Origin: Candidatus Sysuimicrobiota bacterium
GTDB lineage: Bacteria; Sysuimicrobiota; Sysuimicrobiia; Sysuimicrobiales; Sysuimicrobiaceae
Direction: 5' to 3'
Assembly (NCBI GenBank): GCA_040289515.1
Contig: PSLI01000040.1
Span: 1-16,255, forward strand
Length of the DNA: 16,255 nt
A program made the translations under genes and the position numbers. Below are positions 1 to 6,680 of the stretch, piece after piece. Every line of letters starts with the position of its first letter. Positions within the stretch are counted from its first letter, which is position 1. Below the pieces are notes generated by a model, which saw only the letters and a list, made by a program, of their open reading frames with translations, did not search any database and was not told where the DNA came from.

Positions 1-63
1 CCGGCGGTCGGCGCAGGTCCCGCCGCTAGACGAAGCGCCGGAACCAGCGAGGCGACCGACGTG

Positions 64-92
64 CAGGAGGCCGCCGCAAGGGTGGCCTCCTG
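64..92 (+). other. GC-rich stem-loop (possible terminator or leader hairpin)
   Basis: CAGGAGGCC (64-72) pairs with GGCCTCCTG (84-92), with an inner CC-GCAA-GG GNRA-type loop. It is followed by TCGATTT, a weak U-tract. Confidence 0.4.
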
Positions 93-97
93 TCGAT

Positions 98-886
98 TTG
101 GCCGTGACGTACTTCGACTGCGTGGGGTTTCAGGTCCGGACGGCACCGATCTGCAGGCCCTGGCTCAGCAGGCGGCACGCCAAGGTGTCCCCCTGCCCAC
201 GGAGCCGGGGCTGGGGCTGCGCTGCTGGCAGGTGGGCGCGGGAGTGGAACTGTGGGTGGAGGTGGGGCCCTCCGGAGAGCCCTTGGGGCTTCTGCCCTTT
301 TTTCAGCCATCCACCCGGCATCGTGCGGCCATGGTGACCTTCGGGGCCGACCCGGACAACCCGGAGGAGGGGTGGGGCGAGCTGTGGCTGGACCCCGCGG
401 ACCCCTCCGAACCGTACAGCGGGCGGTTCCCCCCTCGTTTGCGACCTGGTGAACTTTTTGTGCGTGGCGGGCCGGTTGTCGTCGTTGCCGGTGTGCGTGG
501 ACCTCGAGCTGGTAGGTTTCGCGGACACCCTGGTGGGCTTCCGGGACGCCCTGGACTGGGCCGAGAGGCAGCACGGGACAGGCTTCGGCCTTCCCCCGAA
601 GACCTTCGCCAGCACCTGGCACACCTCCCTGGACGAGGCACCGGACCGGGAGCGTCCCGAGGCCACCGCCTGGGTCGCGGGTGCCGTGCAGGCCGTCGCA
701 CGGCACGTGAACCCGCTCAGCCAGCGGCCATTCTACAACCTGCCGGTGGACGTGGGGGAAGTCCAGGTGGACCGGGTGGCCCCGGAGGAGCTGGCCCGGA
801 CCGTGGAGCCCGGATGGCTGGTGCAGGGTTCCGTGTGGGTTCTGGGACGGCTGCCTGGGCTGGAGCTACCGTCAGACGCCCCCTAG
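98..886 (+). pseudogene. Hypothetical protein of about 262 aa with two compensating frameshifts (pseudogene or sequencing indels)
   Basis: Protein-like sequence starts in frame 2 (VTYFDCVGFQVRT), moves to frame 1 near 143-145 (TDLQALAQQAA...PYSGRFP), and returns to frame 2 at the C6 run 429-434 (LVCDLVNF...PSDAP*). Stop TAG is at 884-886. Confidence 0.7.
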
Positions 887-1479
887 TTGCCGAACAGCGC
901 AGCCTCGTCGGCCCTGCGGTAGGTGTGGATCTCCTCATCCCGGAACCACAGGCGGATCTCGTACTCCGCCTCCTGGAGGGTGCCGGAGGCGTGCACCAGG
1001 TTTCGCACCGGCCGCTGCTCCAGGTTCGCCAGGGTCGGTGAGTCGGTGCTCCAGTCCCCCCGAATCGTCCCCGGGTCCGCGAACAGGGGCAGGGTCTTGC
1101 CCACCAGCTTACGGACCGCACTCACCGCGTGCACCCCTTCCACCACCGCGGCCACCACCGGCCCGGATGCCATGAACTCCACCAGCCACTGCCGGACGCG
1201 GCGTCCCACCTCCAAGGGGTCGTCGGTCCCCATGCGCTGCCGCACGTCCAGGCCGTACACCTCGAAGGCCTCCCTGGTCTTCCCACCGATGGTCCGCAGG
1301 AACTCCTCGTCCGCGGGGTAGTGCCGCTCCAGGAGCTCCCGGGAGGCTGTAAGCATCTTAAGGGCCACCAGCTTCAGGCCCGCCCGCTCGAACCTCGCCA
1401 GGATCTCCCCCACCAGGCCCCGTTGGACCCCGTCCGGTTTCACCAGCACCAGCGTCCGCTCCCGCCTGGGATCCTCCAC
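883..1479 (-). CDS. ndk: Nucleoside-diphosphate kinase, long-insert type
   Basis: Motifs ERTLVLVKPDGVQRGLVGEI, FMASGPVVA, PGTIRGD and catalytic NLVHAS. The start is probably GTG 1479 behind GGAGGTG; the ORF track start at 1488 overlaps that RBS. Confidence 0.97.
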   Translation of the reverse strand: MEDPRRERTLVLVKPDGVQRGLVGEILARFERAGLKLVALKMLTASRELLERHYPADEEFLRTIGGKTREAFEVYGLDVRQRMGTDDPLEVGRRVRQWLVEFMASGPVVAAVVEGVHAVSAVRKLVGKTLPLFADPGTIRGDWSTDSPTLANLEQRPVRNLVHASGTLQEAEYEIRLWFRDEEIHTYRRADEAALFGN

Positions 1480-1515
1480 TCCCGTCACCTCCCTGCCGCG
1501 GCGTGAACCCGTTCG

Positions 1516-1521
1516 ATTGTA
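1516..1521 (-). promoter_or_regulatory. Possible -10 element (TACAAT) for ndk
   Basis: TACAAT on the minus strand in the nth-ndk gap, about 35 nt upstream of the ndk start. No clear -35. Confidence 0.4.
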
Positions 1522-1536
1522 CGCCCTGGTCTGGGC

Positions 1537-2310
1537 TCAGGGGCGCTTTCTGGCCCGCGGGGGGAGAGCGGAGCGGCGTCCGCTCATCCAGGGCGGGAAG
1601 CCCTCGTATTGCGCCGACGGGCACAAGCCTCGCAACGGGCAGGTGGCGCAGCGCGGGGCCCGGGCGGTGCACACTTCCCGACCCAAGTAAATGAGCCGCA
1701 GGGAGAAGCGCGACCACTCCTCCGGCGGTACCAGGTGCATCAGGTCGCGCTCGATCCGCTCGGGGTCCAGCTCGGCGGTCAGGTTGAGCCGCCTGCTGAG
1801 CCGGCTCACGTGGGTGTCCACCACGATCCCGGTGCCATCCGGGCGGCGCCGGTCCCGGGGCCAGCCGGGCCATCCCTCGATCTCCGCGGCCGCGAAGAGC
1901 ACGTTGGCGGTCTTCCGCCCGACCCCCGGGAGCCTCACGAGGGCCTCCATGTCGGGTGGCACCTTCCCGCCGTGCTGAGCCATTAGCTGGCGGCTGCACT
2001 CCACGATGGCCTTGGCCTTCTGGCGGAAGAACCCCGTGGGGCGCACGATCTCCTCCACAGCCCGGACGTCCGCCCGGGCCAGCGCCTGCGGGGTGGGGTA
2101 CCGGGCGAACAGCTGAGGGGTCACGCGGTTGACCGTCTCGTCCGTGCACTGCGCCGACAGGATGGTGGCGACCAAAAGTTCGAAGGGCGACCGGTGCTGC
2201 AGGGGGATCTGCGGATGTGGATATCGGGGCTTCAGCGCCTCCAGGATCTCCCGGACGCGCCGGCGGCGCCGCGCCTCTGGCTCCTGCGGGGGCCGTACGG
2301 GTCTGGACAT
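1537..2310 (-). CDS. nth: Endonuclease III (HhH-GPD DNA glycosylase/AP lyase, 4Fe-4S)
   Basis: FELLVATILSAQCTD, HhH motif LPGVGRKTANV, catalytic VDTHV, and Fe-S motif CTARAPRCATCPLRGLC. ATG at 2310, with an alternative GTG at 2316. Confidence 0.96.
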   Translation of the reverse strand: MSRPVRPPQEPEARRRRRVREILEALKPRYPHPQIPLQHRSPFELLVATILSAQCTDETVNRVTPQLFARYPTPQALARADVRAVEEIVRPTGFFRQKAKAIVECSRQLMAQHGGKVPPDMEALVRLPGVGRKTANVLFAAAEIEGWPGWPRDRRRPDGTGIVVDTHVSRLSRRLNLTAELDPERIERDLMHLVPPEEWSRFSLRLIYLGREVCTARAPRCATCPLRGLCPSAQYEGFPPWMSGRRSALPPRARKRP

Positions 2311-2375
2311 AACCACTGGACAGTTCGCCCACGCGGTGCGGCTCCCTGCAGGAGGAGGACGGGCCCGAGGGCGTA

Positions 2376-2381
2376 TAAAAT
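2376..2381 (+). promoter_or_regulatory. Probable -10 element (TAAAAT) for the nitrilase-like gene
   Basis: AT-rich TATAAAAT island in a GC-rich intergenic region. A strong RBS GGAGGTGA lies at 2435-2442, before GTG 2447. Confidence 0.5.
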
Positions 2382-2446
2382 CGTGCAGAACACGCGGTCG
2401 GAGGCACGCGTTCGCGGCCGCCGCTGTTCGAGCCGGAGGTGAGTAG

Positions 2447-3262
2447 GTGCGATTCGGGCTCGCACAGATCCGCTACCGTTGGGGCGAGAGCCGGTCCTGG
2501 GAGGAGGGTACCACGGACAACCTCGACAAAGCCGTGGAGTTCATCCGCCGGGCCGGCCGGGAAGGGGCGGCCGTGGTGGCCTTCTCCGAGTACTTCCTGG
2601 GTAACGTCAAGCCCATGCCGATCCCCTGCCCCATCACCGACCGCCTGAGCCAGGCGGCCCGGGAGGCGAACGTGTACGTGATCTGCGGAGCCACCCGTGA
2701 ACTCATTCCAAAACCCAAGGGTGCCCGCAAGCCGCCCAAACCCCGCATCTGCTCCTTCGTCATCGCGCCCAACGGTAAGATTATCAGCAAGCACTACAAA
2801 CAGGTGTTCTATCCGAACGAACGGGCACAGTACGATCCGGGGCCCAACCGGCCCACCACCATCCACGGGGTCAAGGTGGGGATCCTGGGCGGGTATGAGC
2901 TGTTGGTGCCGGAGATCGCCCGCAAGCTGGCCAACGCAGGCGCAGAGATTCTCGTGGTGCAGATGGTGGCTTCCTCCGACATGCCCTACATGCTCGAGAC
3001 CATGCAGTCCGCGGTTCGGGCGCGCACCATGGAACTTCTCATGCCCGTTCTGGCCGTGGGCCAGTACGGCGAGTTCTACGGGGGGATCATGATGCAGGGC
3101 GGCAGCATCGCGTACGTCCCGGAGCTCGGGAAGTTCCAGGGCAAGTGGGCTCCCAACGGCGCCCGGTTGGTTACCCGCATGGGGGAGTACGAGAACCTGC
3201 TCCCCGTGGACATCGCCCCGGAAACCGCCCGGGAGGTCCGGAAGAAGTTCTCGTGGTGGTGA
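2447..3262 (+). CDS. Carbon-nitrogen hydrolase (nitrilase superfamily) homolog with catalytic Cys replaced by Gly
   Basis: MRFGLAQ, AGREGAAVVAFSEY (catalytic Glu), HYKQVFYPNE (Lys and second Glu), KVGILGGYELLVPEIARKLANAGAEILVV (canonical GxxICYD..PE.AR.LA..GA), and a GGS motif. Strong RBS. Confidence 0.9.
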   Translation: MRFGLAQIRYRWGESRSWEEGTTDNLDKAVEFIRRAGREGAAVVAFSEYFLGNVKPMPIPCPITDRLSQAAREANVYVICGATRELIPKPKGARKPPKPRICSFVIAPNGKIISKHYKQVFYPNERAQYDPGPNRPTTIHGVKVGILGGYELLVPEIARKLANAGAEILVVQMVASSDMPYMLETMQSAVRARTMELLMPVLAVGQYGEFYGGIMMQGGSIAYVPELGKFQGKWAPNGARLVTRMGEYENLLPVDIAPETAREVRKKFSWW

Positions 3263-3266
3263 GGCC

Positions 3267-4025
3267 TTGGGTCCCCACACGGCACGGCTGGAGGGCCTGC
3301 GCGGTCGGATGGCGCAGGTCGGCTGCGATCTGGTGGTCCTCGGTCCCGGAGACGACTTCCGATATCTGTGCGGCTGGTCTCCCCTCGCGGACGAGCGGCT
3401 CTGTGTGCTTCTCGTGGCCTGCGAGGCAGCCGTGGTGGTGGCTCCGCGGCTCAACCTGCACGCCTTGCAGGAGAACCTTTCAGAGCCGATTCTGGCCTAC
3501 GGCGACGGGGAAAGCCCGCAGCCGGTACTAAACAGGGCGCTGGGGTTTCTCCGTGGGCCCTGGCAGCAGGTGGCGGTGTCTGACGATCTGCGCGCCGACC
3601 ATTTCCTGTTGCTTCAGCAGCTTCTCCCAGACACGCGCTACCTGCTGGCCTCCTGGCTGCTGGCGCCCCTCAGGGCCCGCAAGGACCCCGGGGAAGTACT
3701 GGCGCTGCGTCAGGCGGCGCGGCTGGCGGACCTCGGTGTCCGCGCCGCCTTCCAAGCCTGCCGCCCGGGCGCTTCGGAGCTGGAGGTGGCCGAAGCAGCC
3801 CGGGCAGCCATGGCGGCCTCCGGGGCGGAGGAGGTGCCGTTCGTCCTGGTGGCCTCCGGCCCCAACAGCGCGCTTCCACACCATGAGCCCGGCACCAGGC
3901 AGCTGCGGCGCGGGGAGCCTGTGCTGGTGGACTGGCACGGGACCCTGTCGCGCTCTGACCAGGCAGTCCCGCGTGGACAGCCCGGCAGGCGCTCCGCTAA
4001 AATGTATGCAGTCCCGCGCCCGTAG
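3267..4025 (+). pseudogene. Xaa-Pro peptidase (M24B, PepQ/creatinase-N type), C-terminally truncated
   Basis: Creatinase-N-like start (RLEGLR...DDFRYLCG), then LRARKDPGEV, GASELEVA and VASGPNSALPHH. Homology ends at VLVD (about 3932). The GYxSDxTRT, HxxGHxxG, EPG and RIED motifs are absent, and the tail runs over the tRNA promoter. Confidence 0.85.
3974..4003 (+). promoter_or_regulatory. Sigma70-type promoter for tRNA-Arg
   Basis: TGGACA (3974-3979), 18-nt spacer, TAAAAT (3998-4003), 12 nt upstream of the tRNA 5' end. Confidence 0.65.
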
Positions 4026-4092
4026 CTCAACTGGATAGAGCATCTGACTACGGATCAGAAGGCTGGGGGTTCGAGTCCCTCCGGGCGCGCCA
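4016..4092 (+). tRNA. tRNA-Arg (anticodon ACG)
   Basis: Acceptor stem GCGCCCG/CGGGCGC, D-arm GCTC-AACTGGATA-GAGC, anticodon arm TCTGA-CTACGGA-TCAGA, T-loop GGTTCGAGTCC, and encoded CCA. Length 77 nt. Confidence 0.99.
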
Positions 4093-4102
4093 GCGCACGA
4101 CC

Positions 4103-4531
4103 TCACCGGGCTAAAAGCTCCACGTCCTTGCCCGGCTGCTCCTCGCAAATTCCCTGTTGGGCCACCCTGCGGGCCAGCTCCACCTCCGCCGAGCTTGAGG
4201 GCAGAAACTCCACCCGCGCGAACGTGTGGCTGAGGGCCCGTACCTGGACGAACCAGGACAGGTATTCATCCGGCACCGGGCTTTCCCGCCCAAGCCACCG
4301 GGCCACCTCCGGCGGGTGCACACACAGGCGCAGCCTGCGCCCCAGGCGCCTAGTCTGCCACATTCCCTCCAGCACGGCCTGCATGGCTGCGGCTGCCGGA
4401 TCCGGATCCCTTCGCCCTCCGCTCCACACCCGAAGCACCGTCCCGCTGGGGCCCACGGCCACGACCCCGTACCGAGCACCCCGGCCGTCCTGGAAAGCGC
4501 CCACCACCAGCCGCACCCACCTAACCCCCAC
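4103..4531 (-). CDS. RNase HI-fold (RVT_3/YpdQ-like) protein, predicted catalytically inactive
   Basis: The pattern RLVVGA / ARYGVVAVG / AAAAMQAVLEG..RRLG / LRLCVHPPEVARWLG / VRALSHTFARVEF / ELARRVAQ follows the small RNase HI layout, but no acidic active-site residue is present. Alternative start GTG 4516. Confidence 0.7.
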   Translation of the reverse strand: MGVRWVRLVVGAFQDGRGARYGVVAVGPSGTVLRVWSGGRRDPDPAAAAMQAVLEGMWQTRRLGRRLRLCVHPPEVARWLGRESPVPDEYLSWFVQVRALSHTFARVEFLPSSSAEVELARRVAQQGICEEQPGKDVELLAR

Positions 4532-4676
4532 GCCCCACCACCGCCGCGCACGCGTATAGCACAGCCGCCAGGAACAGCTTCAGGCGCACGAGCCGCCGGT
4601 CATCCCAGAGGGCGCACGCTAGCCCCGTGTCCCTCCGTCTGAGATGCGGCCTTCCGGCCAACAGCGGACGCGCCAC
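4521..4676 (-). CDS. Possible small protein (51 aa) with a hydrophobic C-terminal segment
   Basis: MARPLLAGRPHLRRRDTGLACALWDDRRLVRLKLFLAAVLYACAAVVGRGG*. It fills the gap between the promoter and the RNase H-like gene, and its stop abuts that gene's start. It is below the ORF-track cutoff and the RBS is weak. Confidence 0.4.
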   Translation of the reverse strand: MARPLLAGRPHLRRRDTGLACALWDDRRLVRLKLFLAAVLYACAAVVGRGG

Positions 4677-4708
4677 CAAATCGGCACCCCAGGTCCTGGC
4701 CTGGCAGA

Positions 4709-4737
4709 ATGATGGCGAACATATATTTGCCTGTCAA
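4709..4737 (-). promoter_or_regulatory. Sigma70-like promoter with a LexA-like operator in its spacer
   Basis: Minus strand reads TTGACA (4737-4732), 17 nt, CATCAT (4714-4709). The spacer contains CGAAC-ATAT-ATTTG (plus strand 4716-4729), two mismatches from CGAAC-N4-GTTCG. Confidence 0.65.
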
Positions 4738-5666
4738 GGCTGCACTGACAGCCAGCGCACAAGCAGGGCCGGATCCACGTTCCCGCCGCTGAGTACCGCC
4801 ACAGTAGCGTCGCCGGGCTCGCCCAGGAAGAAAGCCACCGCGGCCGCGCCGGAAGGCTCCGCCACCACCTTCGCCTCCCTGAGTAGGCGCACCACCGCCT
4901 GCCGGATCTCCTCGTCGGTCACCGTAGCGAACCGATCTACGTATTGGGAAGCGCAGCGCCACGTGAGCTCGCCGGGCTCCACGGCCCTGAGGCCATCCGC
5001 TACCGTGTCCACCCTGTCCAGGCGAACCCTTCGGCCGGCCCTCCACGAGGCCTGAAAGCACGCCGCGCCTTCCGGCTCCACCGCCACCACCTGCACGTCC
5101 GGCCGCAGGTTCTTCACAGCCAATGCCACCCCGGAAACCAACCCGCCTCCCCCGCACGGCACCAGCACCGCCCGCACCCCCGGGAACTGGCTGAGGATCT
5201 CCAGCCCCACCGTCCCCTGGCCTGCGATCACATCCACGTCATCGAAGGGCGGCACGTAGTGCATGCCCATGGCCTTGGCCAGCTCCACCGCCGCCGCGAT
5301 GCGCTCTGCCGTGGTGCGGCCGCGCCGCACCACCTCTGCCCCCCAGGCCCGGATGGCGCGCTCCTTCACGGGCACCACGTCCTCCGGGACCACCACCACC
5401 GCGGGAAGGCCCAGGCACCGGGCCACGTAGGCCACCGCCTGACCGTGGTTGCCCGAGGAGGCCGTCACCACGCCGCCCCGACAGCGCTCGAGGTGCTGCA
5501 GGATGTGGTTGAAGGCCCCCCGGGGCTTGAAGGACCCCGTGACCTGCAGGGATTCCAGTTTCAAGCACAGCCCCAGGGCCCACGCGCACACCACAGGGGT
5601 CCGCAGCACGCGCCCGGTCAACCGCCGCTGGGCTCGCAAGACTTCCTGCAGGGTCGGGATCGTCAC
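4734..5666 (-). CDS. PLP-dependent threonine/serine dehydratase family protein (no ACT domain)
   Basis: LKLESLQVTGSFKPRGA (PLP Lys), ASSGNHGQAVA, PPFDD..VIAGQGTVGLE, PCGGGGL, EPSGAAA and LSGGNVD. It starts 1 nt after the DUF72 stop. Confidence 0.95.
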   Translation of the reverse strand: MTIPTLQEVLRAQRRLTGRVLRTPVVCAWALGLCLKLESLQVTGSFKPRGAFNHILQHLERCRGGVVTASSGNHGQAVAYVARCLGLPAVVVVPEDVVPVKERAIRAWGAEVVRRGRTTAERIAAAVELAKAMGMHYVPPFDDVDVIAGQGTVGLEILSQFPGVRAVLVPCGGGGLVSGVALAVKNLRPDVQVVAVEPEGAACFQASWRAGRRVRLDRVDTVADGLRAVEPGELTWRCASQYVDRFATVTDEEIRQAVVRLLREAKVVAEPSGAAAVAFFLGEPGDATVAVLSGGNVDPALLVRWLSVQP

Positions 5667-5667
5667 C

Positions 5668-6615
5668 TCAACCTTGCCCCAGGAGGTCCAGGAGCATCTG
5701 AGCGTTCACCGCAGCCTGCCCGCGCTCGCAATTGTTCATCATGAGGAACAGCCGGTCCACCTGCTCCGCCAGGTGCCGCGCCCGGCGCACCCACGGTCGC
5801 AGCTCCTCTTCGGTGTACAGGTAGTCGAAGCGCTCCTTGACCTCCGCACCCCGCGCGGCCCACGCCTCCGCGTTGCGGCCGTGGAACCGCACCACCGACC
5901 AGTCCGAGGTCACCGCCACCTCCGCCGGGATCGTCCAGTCCAGCTGCGGCTCGTCGGGCACCACGTACGCGATGCCCCGCTCCCGCAGGGCCGCCCACAC
6001 GCGGTCCCGCACCGCGGGTTCCACCCACGAGCGGTGCCGGAACTCCACCGCGAGCCGGTACCCCCGGGTCAGGCGCACCAGGCGGTCCAGCCGCCGGAAG
6101 AACCGGTCCGAGTACGTCACCCAGCGGGGAAACTGGAACAGCACGTAGCCCAGCTTGCCCGCCTCCCGCAGCGGCCGGCAGAAGTCCAGGAACAGCTCCC
6201 AGCACACCGTCTCCACCTCTTCCGGGAGGTCCCGGTCCACCAGCCGGCGCCGGGCCCGCAGGGGTCCGGGCAAAAGCGCCTGCACCACGTCGGGAAGCCG
6301 CGCGGTCTCCGCCCCCTGGCCGGTGAACAGACCGAAGGTCTTCACGTTCATCACGAAGCCGGGAGGGGTCCACTCCGCGTACTTCCGCGCGGTGTCCGCG
6401 GGCAGCAGGGCGTAGTAGGTGGCGTCCACCTCCACGGTGGGGAACACGGTGGCGTAGTACCGGAGCCGGGCCTGCGGCCGGCTGCGCGCGCCCCGGGGGT
6501 AGAAGGCCTCAAACCCCCTGGTCCACGAGCACGTGCCCACATACACCTGCGCCCTGCCTAGCTTGAGCGGCCGGGCCGGCGGGCGCGCGAACAGGTCGGA
6601 CTGCACCTGGGCCAA
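5668..6615 (-). CDS. DUF72 (YecE-like) domain protein
   Basis: VGTCSW, LRYYATVFPTVEVDATYY, TPPGFVMNVK, GKLGYVLFQFP, AVEFRHRSW, VVRFHGRN, FDYLYTEEEL and MMNN. The start is likely TTG 6615 (GGAGG plus 6 nt). The longer ORF-track start lies antisense to the SRP RNA. Confidence 0.92.
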   Translation of the reverse strand: MAQVQSDLFARPPARPLKLGRAQVYVGTCSWTRGFEAFYPRGARSRPQARLRYYATVFPTVEVDATYYALLPADTARKYAEWTPPGFVMNVKTFGLFTGQGAETARLPDVVQALLPGPLRARRRLVDRDLPEEVETVCWELFLDFCRPLREAGKLGYVLFQFPRWVTYSDRFFRRLDRLVRLTRGYRLAVEFRHRSWVEPAVRDRVWAALRERGIAYVVPDEPQLDWTIPAEVAVTSDWSVVRFHGRNAEAWAARGAEVKERFDYLYTEEELRPWVRRARHLAEQVDRLFLMMNNCERGQAAVNAQMLLDLLGQG

Positions 6616-6665
6616 GGACGGCCTCCCCGGCTTGCTTCGCTCCGGCCGGGCCGCCCTCCTGGTGG

Positions 6666-6674
6666 TGCTATACT
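6666..6674 (+). promoter_or_regulatory. Extended -10 promoter (TGcTATACT) for SRP RNA
   Basis: TG-n-TATACT ends 6 nt before the SRP RNA 5' stem. Confidence 0.75.
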
Positions 6675-6680
6675 CGGTGC

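Noticed and set aside
1505..1514. GAACCCGTTC inverted repeat upstream of ndk as a LexA box
   Set aside because: The half-sites are 2 nt apart rather than the required 4.
1358..3454. Long shadow ORFs (698 aa here, also 7917-9938 and 12959-14464)
   Set aside because: They have Arg/Gly/Pro-rich composition and overlap well-supported genes, as expected from stop-codon scarcity at high GC.
4016..4740. Genomic island integrated at tRNA-Arg
   Set aside because: No integrase gene and no duplicated tRNA 3' end are seen in the window.
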